Made by a program: the position numbers and the translations under genes
Assembly: GCF_963676685.1 (NCBI RefSeq)
Contig: NC_092348.1
Location: forward strand, 18,476,001 to 18,540,000
Source of the DNA: Mytilus edulis
Lineage: Eukaryota
Direction of reading: 5' to 3'
Length of the DNA: 64,000 nt
The notes under the pieces: model-generated
The model's input: the letters and a program-made list of their open reading frames with translations, nothing else
What the model was told of the DNA's origin: nothing
Databases searched by the model: none
Shown: piece by piece, positions 49,956 to 62,700 of the stretch
How the letters are laid out: each line of letters opens with the position of its first letter
Numbering within the stretch: the stretch's first letter is position 1

Positions 49956-52090
49956 TGTGAGCAATGGTATGCAACCGTACGCCTTTATCAAGGAGAAAAG
50001 TTCATACCGTATAGTCAACTATAAAAGAGGCCAGCTTGGAAAAAAATAAAAAAAAAAAATAATTAAGAAAACTACCGGCCTGCTTTAAAATAAAACAATT
50101 TACTAAAAACAAACATAACAGACATTAACCAACGACAACAAGTGAACCATAGGCTCATGGCATTGGACAGACACACAAAGAATGTGGCCGGGTTGAACAT
50201 GTTTGTGAGTGCTCAATTCCTTCCCCCTAAACCTGGGACAGTGGTACAAATGCACGACATAAGAACAACCTGGAAAACCTTCCTTCCGAGAGCTTGGTTT
50301 ACACAAATACACGCATATTTATATTAATTTTTTAGATAAAATGTGGTTTCAACCGTGTATCACCTTCAATGGTGATCATATGCATGGATCTGTCGCAGAG
50401 CTGTCACTTTTATCTATATATATATATATATTTTTGATGGCGATCCGATGGATACATCTGTTGTAGAGTTGTCACTGACTCAGACGTACTTATAAATATA
50501 ATTATTTTCTGTGACTGTATATTACATTAATTTGTAGGATCCTTTACTGTAGATAATTTAGCTGATCTGTAACAATAACATCTTCATGCCTTATATATCA
50601 TGTACTGTAGTACGCTGCTAGATTTAAACTGACGAGAAAAGGTAACACACGGCCAGCGAAAGCTCTTTTTTTGAGAGCCCAGGTGGTACTCATATAAGAT
50701 AAGTGATAGTTTTAACATCCACTTCTTAATGGATTAGTCGGAGTTGTCTTAATCCAAATACAACTATGACAATATCAAGCCTTACTAAACAAAAGTACAG
50801 TTTTAAAAAAAAAATCATGTAAAGACTAAAGTGACATTATATATGTTTGAAAAAGGGTTACAATTATGTAAATTTGTATTCTCGTCCACTTTAAATCAGA
50901 GATACTTTGGAACAGGACCTTTTTTAGCGAATTACTATGTACTATAAATTGATAGTTTACTATCCGCAGCGTATCCCATGTGTATATGTAGATTATTAGT
51001 CATCATTGGTAATCAAGTACACCTTCCAAATTATAATCTATTGAATCTGAATCTGAATCTATATAATGCATTGGTGTCCACATTTGTTTACATATACTAT
51101 GATTAATTACAAAGTTCTACTTTATTTTAATGAAAGTTGACTTTCATTTGAAAGAAAAGTGTATGCCAACCATTAAAATTTAAAGAAGTACAAGACACCC
51201 CTAGGCTAAATGTACGACAAAGGTATGTGCATTTAAAAAAAAATAAATAGGAGTCGGAGATTTAAATAAAGTTAAAACAAGATTAACTGCAGAAAAAAAA
51301 GAACGTTTGAAACGATACAAATAAATTATGATGCAATCCCAGTTATCAAATTTAACAAAGACACATTCTGATTCATACTTTCGATATTTCTGAAATTGCT
51401 AGAAAAATCTCTGTCTAGTAATAAATTCCCATGGTAATTAAGTATCATATCGCATTAACATAACAAAAGGAAGAAGGACACCTATCTCATAACGACAAAT
51501 AAAAGCATGTGAAATATTAAATAATAAAAGGTTCATTTGCAAAGTTTATCGGGGAAAAAATATGAATGACAACTCAAATCAATCGTGATAGGTTAAGATA
51601 CGTATATATACGTGGTCTTATGACAGTGAAATTTTGGCGGGAATCTCAAAAATCACGTGATAGTTAAAAATCATGATTTCGTTCGTTTTTTCGGCATCTT
51701 ATGAATACTTGATATTGATAAAAATTATAAGGAATGGGTTTTATAATTTAGGAATACTTAGTTAAAACTTGAGTGACACATTTAACAAATTTAATAGGTA
51801 AGCAATAACCGGTCCCGTTACGTGCGTACGTCGAGTTAGGTGCGTATGTCATTTTATTGGAAATCTCTATTACAACTTATTTAATTTTCAGGATACTGCC
51901 ATGAATTTGATGTTGAAGGTTAAAGGTTATACTCATAAATGAAGCCGCAAACAAAAAAAGTTAAGCAAACAAGTTTAAACTGCCAACTGAAATCCAAATT
52001 TACATAAAATACATGTATAAATGAGATACCTACACAACATGAAACATGTACTTACATAATGTATTAATTGATGTATACTCTTTGTTATAG

Positions 52091-52631
52091 AGTGACATTA
52101 CTGAAAGGAGACAACAAGATGATACTATGAAACAGATCACCAGACCACGGATTATCACGAATTACTAGACATACTTTCGTGGTGTTGATATTTGTTTCCA
52201 ATTTTTGTCAAATATCCTGTTGGAAGGAGCTCTAAAAAGTGGTGGAATTTTTGTTTAACTTTCTCACCAATATTTGTATTATAAATGGCTTTGTTTGGTA
52301 TGACCACTTCAATCAGGTGGAAAAGAAGAAAAAAAGGTACACTCAACTTGATTTCAGGCTTAAGTTGGTCGCAAATATAATCAATGGTTACTCTTTCACT
52401 GAAAAGAGAACCCCAGCTTTGGTTGTACTCCCAATGAACATGAGCAGCCCTCACTTGCATAGACATACCAGATTAAAAAGAAAAAAATCAACACGTAAAT
52501 TTTGTACAAAGCATGGTGAAAAAAAAAGAAAGAGACGATCCGTGGTTTTAATACATGTTTTGAATGCCATAGAAGGTTCCATGCTATCATTGGTGTTGTT
52601 TTTATGGAAGAGTGAAGCTGTGAAATTATGA
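52091..52631 (+). pseudogene. piggyBac-like transposase, copy B, 3' exon
   Basis: Paralogous to 4475-5001; IINGFVWY..TQLDFRLKLV..; separated from its 5' exons by the 15.5-kb insertion. Confidence 0.82.
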
Positions 52632-52877
52632 ACTATATATTTTATGATTACTTAATCCCTAAATTTGACATTAATAACCTTAAAATGAAATAAAGAATAG
52701 ATCAGTGTAAAGCAAAGTTCGATAATCAATAATCATACTGAAATTTATTATGATTTTTTTTAATCAACAACATTGTTTGTTAATGTCCTGTTAAGTATTT
52801 GTAGTTTGTTCGGCAAAGTAATCAATGCGTTTGAACTTTAAAAATCTTTCAATTTACTTACATTGTTGATGTGTTAA

Positions 52878-53615
52878 GGTTTATGTACCCTTCTGTAGCC
52901 ATTTTTGTACGAACTTTTCAAACTTCAATTGTATCAAAACTACAGATATTATGAATAATAGAGATAGGCCATTTTGTACATATTCCAAGGGGACACTTGA
53001 TGCAAAGCATTATTTTTTACTGTTCCATTACATTTAATAGAAAAAGAGGACTTTGTGGCAAATAAATCTAGATTTTTAAAGAAAATCCACAGCCTTTATC
53101 CTTGTACTCTCATATTTGGCAATTTGATGACTGATAGATAAAGGATTATTGCATGCAGTGCTAGCATTGATTTCCTTAAAACAAGTTTATAAATGTAGTT
53201 ATTGGTTAAGACAAGTATAAATATGACCAAAATCAAGTACACCTTTAAGGGTGCGCTCGACTTTAGTGACTCAGCACGAGGTGTTTTGGAATTTACAGGT
53301 TACTTAGAACTTTTTGTAAAACATAAACACTAGCACATCATAGAAAATCAAGTGAGTTATTTATGTTTCAAATTTTATAACAAAAATCACTGTATTAAAC
53401 GCTGTGGATTTTCTATAAAAATCTTGATTTATTTGCCACAAAGACCTTTTTTCTATCAAATGCAATGAAACAGTAAAAAATAATGCTTTGCATCAAGTTT
53501 CCCCTTGGAACATGTACTAAATGGCCTATCTCTATTAATTGTTATATCTTTAGTTTTGATACAATTGAGGTTTGAAAAATTCGTACAAAAATGGCTACAG
53601 AAGGGTACATAAACC
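52878..53615. mobile_element. TTAA-specific Kolobok-like MITE, copy 2
   Basis: Same family and orientation as 35496-36234; TTAA TSD; empty site at 5228-5231 in copy A. Confidence 0.92.
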
Positions 53616-54836
53616 TTAAGAAGTGCCTTCAAAATATTGTAAAGAATACCAGTATGCAAAATATCGAAGACAAAAAATGTTTTTTGAAAAATTTAATTTC
53701 TGTGTTTCTGCATTCTTAATTGATTTGGCAGATAAGAATATTCTATTTCATTCTTTTCTATAAAAATTGTATGACTTTTTTAATGTTTGTCTACTTTTGT
53801 TGATATACATGTATAGTTGATTTTTCTGTGAAGTAGATAAAAATATTACTGTATTGAATACTTGTATCAATTGCAGGAATCTCATATTTTTTTTTATTAA
53901 AGTGTCTTCAGTTTAGCTATGAAAAAAAAACTGTGCCTGCCTTACACAAACAGTACCGTTTATCAGAGTTGTTTAACTGCATGGTTAAAATTTTCAATTG
54001 ATTTAGTTTGTGTTTTTCAATCTGTTGATAATATTTCATTGCATGTTTGGGATCGAAATATACCGACCTTCTTTTAGGAGGTTCTAAAATTATTCCCCTT
54101 TGTTCACTATGACAACGGCATTTTAAAGACGTAATCAAAAATCAATTTCTCTTCAAATTAGCCGAAGAACACGTGTACAAAATGTAGTTATGTGACTAAT
54201 TGACATAAAAGTCCGATTTTTTAAAAATTTTATTATTCATATTGTCTAATAAATTCGGTAACATAACCATGCTAACATACGCTCTACATTTTCAAACTAA
54301 ACACAGCCCCGCAATCGACAATCGTCAAAATTGACAACAAAAACCCACGAAAACAGACAATTTGATTATCCCCCGTATTTCAGCTCTTAAGGTATAAAAC
54401 TATAGTTTATATAATGTTATTAATAGCTCTATGCATGGAACTTATAAATTGTGTCTATGGTGAAGTTTTATAAGTCTAGGCAGATGCCGTGACATATGAA
54501 TCAATAAATTACAAGTGCCCGACGTCCAAATGTGCCAATTATATATAACGTGCGGAAATGCGAATTTTTCAACCAAAATGCTCGAGGAGACGATGAAAAT
54601 AAACAAAATGGAAGAAAGGGGGAAAGTGTTAAAGTTTGTGCCAAAATAAAATATTTCATGAATATAAAAAGACAACTTCGTAGAAATTCAAAGTTGTTCC
54701 TAGAAATGTTCACCTTTCCAATCTGTTGCCAAAATAAGTCACGCGACATTTGACATTTAAACTAATGTATAAAGCGTGTACAAGTTGTTTCATATTTATA
54801 CCAGGTTCATTGAAAGTGTTTCGTTCAAAGATACAT

Positions 54837-57800
54837 ATGTGGCTGACAATGTGCTTTGGTCTTGTATTGGTGCTGCTTTTAGCAAACACATATGCAGATG
54901 GAAAACTTACATCCACTTCAGATTCTGGTATTTAAATTTATAACAGAAATTGGTGTGATTTACTCTGTAAATTATTGTACTAAGTGTAAAATTATTTCCA
55001 ATTTTTACATCGTACAGTGGTTTTCTTATTGTTATAGAGTGAATTTTGCTCATATATTTATCTATGTATTCATTTCATTTTTGTTCTTATCTGTTTTATT
55101 GGTTGTTTTTAAGGAGTTTGCTTTTATGGGAAAACGGCTGAACGAGTACTCAGCATCTTGGCAACTGGTAAATACAGATCTTTGATGCCTTCAGGTAAAA
55201 AGCAAATACATGAACTCACTTAAAAATTTAGTTCTAGGTATAAATTGATTTTTAGAGTACGCCTGTGTCAATATAATAATGTAATATCTTATAAACCAAA
55301 AAATACAATTCAAGATTTGTATAAACATAAAACCTTTTTTGGTTTGATAGATCAATTTGTGAAGATAAATGCTATAGCTTTACCAAATATTTTAGGTTTG
55401 CTCTTATATTTTCATATGAATTTACACATACAGGGCCTCATGTGCGAGACTGCTCGGATTTAGACCGAAAACATTACAAAAGTGGAGTCTACAAAATATT
55501 CCCGGCAGGTGGCGCTGGATTTAAGGCGTACTGTGCTATGGAGACGGACGAGGGAGGGTGGACGGTAAGAATATTTAAATATTAGATGATGAGTAAAAGC
55601 TAGTGAATAATCTATAAAAAGAAGCTTATTTCATATTTTATGGTAATATAGTACCTCACTGTAGAGGGCGTGAAAGTCCTCGCTTTTTAATTATCGAAAT
55701 ATCTTGCTCTGTAATTCTACCGATAAAGAGGAATCTGATGTTTAGTGGTTGTCGTCTGTTTATGAGTTTCATCAGTGTTTTTATATAGATTACACATTTG
55801 GTTTTCGCGTTTGAATAGTTTTACACTAGTAATTTTTGGGGCACTTTATAGCTTGCTGTTCATATCACATCTCATTACACATCTTCCTATATCTAATTAG
55901 TATTTGATTATTATAGAGGTAATATAAGTTTCGTATTTTTATAAATTATGTAATATAATATGCACACATGTAATTTACAGGATTTTGTCTTATTCAGTAA
56001 ATGCACCAGTAACCTGGAGCACGCCACTTTAAATAACGTTTATTTCACTGATTTGAATTCTAGGTTTTTCAGCGAAGACAAGACGGTAAAGTAGATTTCT
56101 ACCGAGGATGGGAAGACTATGTAAACGGATTTGGTCATTTCAATACGGAATTCTGGTTAGGTCAGTATTTTCAAATTTTACGCATCCACTAGATTTTTAT
56201 GTGGTGTACTCTTACATAATTGTCAAAGATCATGGTGAAGTCTGTGTGCTTATAAACATGTGTTCCCCTCTGTTATCGAAATGTAACTTTCCCAATTCAG
56301 TAGGCTGTGTGTCAGTGGTTGTCATTGGTTGTTGTCTGTAATCTTTGTTTTTTTCGTTTATTGTTTTGTCATAAATCAAACCGTTGCTTTTTTGATTGAG
56401 CTGCTTCATATTTTGTATGTTTATGTATTTAACAGGTGACCAAATTATTGTTGTTATACTCCTTTTTAGCAGTCCGTCTTTAATTCGACTATATTGGATA
56501 GGTTTCAAAACGACAAATTATGCTAAATTTACTCATGTTTGTTAAATCTAATATAAAAGAAGGTTAAATATAAAAAGGACCAACATCTCCATCTTAAATT
56601 TCCTCCTTTCCTTTACTTCGATTTTTAAAGGTAATGACAAACTATATAAACTAACATCACGAGGACAGTATGAGCTTAGAGTAAACCTGGAGGATTTCAA
56701 TGGTGATAAAGCCTATGCCAAATATTCTAACTTCTACATTGGCGACGAGTCAACTAACTACAAACTAACAGTGAATGGTTATAGTGGAACGGCAGGTAAT
56801 ATTTATATTTAAATTAAGTTTTGAATTCACTAAGCTCTTGTTCCACTGTTTTCATAGAATAGTTGAAAGTACACTTGTTTGAGATTTTGATTTTGCCACT
56901 CGATTGGTGACTTTAAGTTTTGAAATTACCTCCGCGTTCAGTGTTTTTGTGATTTTTTCTTATACGGCACAAGAATGTAATGAGTAGGTTTAATAAAACG
57001 AAATTTAAAATGCTGTTTAAAGTTAATCCGGCTTTTAAGATGGTGGCAATGCAAAATAAGAACACACTGGACACTTGAATTATCACTGCATTCAGTATTA
57101 GATTATAAAACGTATCTAAAATTTACATATGTACAAGCACTAAGCCCTTACACATTCAAATTTGAATTCGGTATTAATCATAATAAGCCTGTATGAACTT
57201 GCAAAAGACAAATTACTATTTAAAAAAATATGAATTTGTGTTCATGGTTTGGTTGTTTGCTTTATACTAGTATATCATATGGAAGATGAAATTGTCCATT
57301 TGTGATTTGCAGAATGTGAAATTGAAATAAATTAGCAATTTGATGAAATACAATTATTTCAAACTGTTTCCAAAATCTTCAAGAAATGGATGTAATAGAC
57401 CACTTTCGAGTTCATCCGTCACCGAAAAAAACTCGTCAATTATACGCGCCTTTTGTCATTTACCAGATAGAGGGGGTCGCCTGTATCCCTGCACTATTTA
57501 CGTTCATCAAGCGTCTTAGTGATCGTCATTGTGCAGGATAAACTAGAAATAATGAATGTTCTGTAGGTACTTAATGACAATTCCCTAATGACAGCAATGC
57601 TGATTGTCAATTTTGAGAATTCAATTTGCAGAATAATTCGTACAATATAGAATTATAGTTTTCCAACCACTCGCTCAACATTGGAATGGAAGTGACGACG
57701 CCCCTAAACGCACAAATGACGTTCACTAAAACCAGAGTTTTTGACGGAAATGCATCGACCTCGAAAGTTGTCTATTGGTTTTTATTCAGAGCATTAATTG

Positions 57801-58264
57801 TTATAAAATCTAGTACTCTATATGTCTAATTTATAGAAACCAGGATGCTTACAATTTATTAGCCTAACCACTGTAGATCATTTATTCACATTTAATAATA
57901 AAATTATTTGGTGAATCACTATTGTTGTAGCTAAAACGATATTACTGAATATGCAGTGCATATGAAGTTGTTTTTATTTTCATCGTTATCGAGTCTACAT
58001 TTTTTTGTTTAAATAATAGGTGATGCTTTGAAGCGACATAATGATCGTGCTTTCTCGACAAAAGATAAGGATAATGACAATACTAGCGGTGAGTGTGCAA
58101 AGAATTACAAAGGTGCTTGGTGGTATAACAACTGTCATGACTCTAATCTGAACGGACTGTATCTAGGAAATAAAAAGGATACCAAAGGATTGCGATGGAG
58201 TCAGTGGAAAGGATCTCAGTCAATGAAGACAACGTCAATGATGATTCGTAGGAAACGTCTCTAA
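54837..58264 (+). CDS. Secreted fibrinogen-related domain protein (FReD/FREP, ficolin-like lectin), paralogue B, ~269 aa
   Basis: Exons 54837-54927, 55114-55194, 55434-55564, 56064-56160, 56631-56795, 58020-58264; all GT-AG and in frame; same FBG motifs as paralogue A; AATAAA at 58284. Confidence 0.93.
57397..57773. mobile_element. 377-bp MITE with AT TSD in intron 5 of FReD B
   Basis: TIR AGACCACTTTCGAG / CTCGAAAGTTGTCT; empty site gatgtaATtggttt in copy A (~9899-9912). Confidence 0.9.
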
Positions 58265-58619
58265 CAGAGTGTGCTATCATTAAAATAAATGCAGATAAAC
58301 CATTGTATTGAAAATATATCTTGTTATCGTTATTACTTGTTCTCCTCTCGAATACAAATGCACGTTAAATGTGTACATACATGTATATTGATCATTTCTT
58401 TAGTATATTGGATATCCCTCTCTTCAATGTTAATTTTTGAAGGTTTTATTAAGCTGAAAATGCTCTCAAAGTCTTATAGGTTTGACTTTTTAACTTTATA
58501 GTCATACGTATACCTGATGAACAGAACGCTTGGATGTATGCTTTTTTAATTAGTTGTTTGTGGCTTTAAACTGGCTGTCAGTAACTGTGAGTACTCTCAG
58601 ATATTTACTTAGTGTCTGT

Positions 58620-59040
58620 TGGGTTCCATTAATATATCCCTCAGGACTAGAAATTACAGAAACAACAGAAACGGCTCCATCCGCCTCATTTATAGACTTA
58701 AACCTCGAATTTGACATACACATTCATCTAAGTACCAGAAGCTATGACAAACGAGATGATTTTATTTTGAAATTATCAATTTCCTCTACCTTAGTAGCAA
58801 TATACCAATTTCACCTGCATATGGGATATACATTTCCTTACTTATTTGATATTTTTTGATAGTTTTCGGCTCCTACTCAGACTTTGTAAAACGTCACCAG
58901 TGTCTGAGCAGAAAGTTGATGAACCAGTTGATGTCAGAACGTCTCGTTTTTTTTTCTAAAAAAAAGTTCATCGGAAGGTACCAAGACCTTGTTGATAAAT
59001 ACTCCTTATCCACTTTACAAATTATACATGATGGTCGTGA
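58620..59040 (+). mobile_element. Degenerate Penelope-like RT 3' fragment (paralogue of 10760-11160)
   Basis: Same translated motifs as the copy A fragment. Confidence 0.8.
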
Positions 59041-60057
59041 TGTATATATTCTGCGTACTGACGTTATTAGTTTAATAACGTGTTATATTGTTCTTGTATT
59101 TGTCTTTTTTATCTATTTTTAATATAACGTTTACTGTTTGATCAGTTTTCTGTGATATCCATTTGAGTAGGCTCGGTACTTCTACATCACGTCAATGTTT
59201 ATTTATAAACAAAATGATATTTTGGTGTATAATATGTGAGTTTTTTAATTTATTTTCTAAGGATCATATACCAAAAAAAACCGAATGTGAAATGGTGGCT
59301 TTCCTTACTTACGTACTGGAAGAACGTGGAATCTTACTCTTCAAAATATTTGACAATGAAAATAATCAATTCACGCTGAATGCATGTGCATTAACACTGT
59401 ATGCAGAAGTGCATGGCTTGCTATAAGACAAAACAAAAAGTAAAATAACGAAAATATCCAACTTCATGAAAAAATAAAAACAGAAAGTCCCCATTATGGA
59501 ATCAGGAGCTCAAACACATAACTGAAGACAAAAAAACTTGATCAAAACAGTCAATCCGAACACTTGAGGTGAAAATTTACTTCTTTCAGTAGTCTTTTCA
59601 GTAACTTGGAATATTTGATGTGCCTTTTCCCTTTGATCTGCCAAAAAGTGAAAACCTCTGTCGATTATTGAAGAACTAGAAGTCTATATGATCAAATTCA
59701 AATTGCAGTTAAAAAAAATTAATCTGGGTACATGGTAGTTTCAAATAGTCATGCAATGAAAACTACTTTATTTCAAAGCAGATAACTCTACGTTATCACC
59801 AATAGAGTAACAAAAACAATTCAACAATCATAAAATTGAGAATGGAAATGGGGAATGTGTCAAAGAGACAACAACCCGACCAAATAAAAAACAACAGCAG
59901 AGGGTCACCAACAGGTCTTCAATGAAGCGAGAAATTCCCGCACCCGAAGGCGTCCTTCAGCTGGTCCCTAAACAAATATATACTAGTCCAGTGATAATGA
60001 ACGCCATACTAATTTCCAAATTGTACACAAGAAACTAAAATTAAAATAATACAAGAC

Positions 60058-61083
60058 TGTAACGATAACCGAGCGGTCAAGCTTTGGTGTTAACTATAAA
60101 TATTGGAACCCTTAGTGTGTTGCTATAAGACTGGAACATATGAACTAAAGTTATAACTGGCGACTCTTCTTTGGTAACGTGGTTCTCTGGTATCGTGGTA
60201 TTCGGGTAGATCTACAGTTGGTTCTGTATAGGTTTTGTGGTACGTTGTTGTATTCTGATAGATCTTAGTTTGGTTCCGTTTAGGTTTTTGTAAGAATAAC
60301 AGACTCGTTAAATAAAAATCAACTTGTATTTACTTTAAGATGTATTATAAATATCAACAATGCGTACACATATTAAATAACTTAACAGTATTCTAGTTTA
60401 ACAAATAAATACCACACTTTATTAGAATATCGCAAAGAAAATGGATAGCGGAAATATTATACCCCGAAAGTCTACATGGTCTACGAACTATAGTTTGGTA
60501 ATCGGCAAATGGTAAATCAAATTCAATGTTAAAAGACAACGTTTCTCTCGAGAAGTTATTCTATAAATACAACTTGTTATAGAACTAACAAGCCCACATT
60601 ATACGGAAATAGTCTGGTTATTACTTAGTCTGGTAAATGGTTTCGGTACATGTATATTTAAATCGCTTGGAATTAGCGTGTGTTACTTGCCCAGGGTAAA
60701 GTCGTACTAAACCTTATCCTTTCTCTCCACCGTATTTATACTTTGGTAAACCATTACCAAAATGGTTTACCATTTACCATTTCGGCTTACCATTTTTACC
60801 ATTTCGGCTTACCATTTACCGAAATTACCAAAGCCAGAGCCGACGTCATAACAAAAATAGGTTATGACGTCATTGGTGTACTTCATTTGAAGTAAACAAT
60901 TCACAGCTGTTCCGATTGTAAAAACAAAGGTAAGAATAATAAAAAGTTAACAATGTTTACACAAAGTTGTACAATAAATATATAATAGGAACAGTACGTA
61001 AATTTACGGTAAGGTTTTAACAACATCATCACATAATTTTAGGGAAAACAAGTTCCATTTCAAGGGACCCCCATTTCGTTTCA
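60058..61083 (-). repeat. 3' long terminal repeat (~1026 bp)
   Basis: Minus strand begins TGAAACGA directly after polypurine tract AAAGGTGGGGAGAC (61084-61097) and ends TCGTTACA, where it truncates a dispersed repeat at 60057. The partner LTR is not in the window. Confidence 0.75.
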
Positions 61084-62700
61084 GTCTCCCCACCTTTGAA
61101 AAATAATGTTTGTCCCCAAACATGAAAAGACATTCCCTAAAATTTAAAACAACTTCTTCAATATCCTTCATTTAAATATTCTATAACATACATATTCAAA
61201 ATTATAAAACAATATTTGATCAAATTAATTACAATCTTCTGAGTGTTCATTGTTCATTTTCGTCTTCCCGCTAAGTTTGACTTCCGCACAGTTCTTTATG
61301 ATGCTTTAGTTTTGTAAATGTTCATATAGCACCAACATCTCTTCTTCACATAACGATTGTTCATAAAAACGAGTTCTGTTTATTTTAACGAATGTTTATA
61401 TGTTCATTAAGCAGCAACACTTCTTCTTCTCGTTATGCATGTTCTCGCATCAGAAATAATTCTGTGTATTCTGACAAATGTTTATAGAGCACCATCAAAT
61501 ATTCTCTGCGGGACGAATGTTCATATAGCGCTATTTTACAAATAATTTTCCTGAAAACAAATTACATATTACACAACAATCAATAAATGTTAACAATATC
61601 AATAAAAATCTGAAATAAATTGACACTTAATTAAAAAAAAAACTCTTTCCCTTATCCAATATACACATGGACTTTTATCTATAAAAATCAAACTCAATAA
61701 TCATTGATACAAGTATATCTATGTCAGCAATAATGAGACACGATACCGAGTATTTATTAGACTGTGTTGGTAATACAGCAGTCCCCATCGGCATAACTAC
61801 GCTTCAATTAGTCATGCAGGGGTATCCCACTACGTGTATTGGTTAACACTGTCTTCACAATCTTGGACATGGTATTTTTCATGGATGTATAACAAATAAT
61901 AATAAAAAAAACTATCCACATACAATGGACCTGGTATCAATCAAACAATTTAATGCTATGTCAAAAACATTGACAATTACATATAAACTATCAGAATGTA
62001 TTTATCTGACTGAATTTCTCACAATTAATGGACTCTATAAATCATAATTTCTAAGTCTCTGCTAAAACATGGTACTCAGTTTCAGCTTCTAATAGTTTCC
62101 CCGACCAGTCATTTGGTCTACCACTTTTATTTCTTGGAATTAAAAATTGTTATTTCTGTTATATTGAATTTTTGAAAGACGACCTGAAATGTCATCAAAT
62201 TGTTCAGACAAATAAATTTCCCTATCTAAATCAAACTTATTATATATTTATTTACAGTATTTACGTCTGTTGTTTTGGAAGGCTTCATATTCAAGAGCTA
62301 CTTGAATTGCGTTGTCAATATTTTTTGCTTTGGCCTGGAAAATGGCCCATTCCATGTCAGCATCATTAAGGGAATCAATAAAACAATCACGTGCTAAAAG
62401 TTCCTTAACCTCCATTGGAGCTGATGGATACGCTAATCTTACTAGACGTTTAATGTCTTGGCCTAATTCAGGTATATGTTCCGTGCGTCCGCGTATTTTA
62501 CTTTTCATTTGCGCCCTGTACAATTCTGCTTGGTTTTCTGGTTGAAAACGTGACGCTAAAGCGGCAGTTAGTTGTACAAAATTTTACCGCATCTTTGGTC
62601 TTAAATTGGTTAAAATACTTTGGGCGGAACCTCTTAAGCTAGTAGCTAATTCTAAAGCTTTCTCTAGGTCAGACCATTTATTAATTGCCGCAATTAATCC

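Larger units (their letters stand above)
36369..51868. mobile_element. 15.5-kb TIR-bounded DNA transposon-like insertion with AT TSD (PIF/Harbinger-ISL2EU group-like), carrying nested elements
   Basis: Perfect 21-bp TIR AGAGATTTCCAATAAAATGAC / GTCATTTTATTGGAAATCTCT flanked by AT on both sides; the flanks join directly in copy A at ~4240 (aaatgtt-atg-ttacaactt). Confidence 0.85.
31049..59832 (+). repeat. Segmental duplication copy B, expanded by nested insertions
   Basis: Colinear with 1-11973 once insertions 35496-36234, 36369-51868, 52878-53615 and 57397-57773 are removed. Confidence 0.95.

Noticed and set aside
35496-53615. Composite transposon bounded by the two TTAA MITEs
   Set aside because: Each MITE has its own empty TTAA site in copy A and the host sequence between them is colinear, so they are independent insertions.
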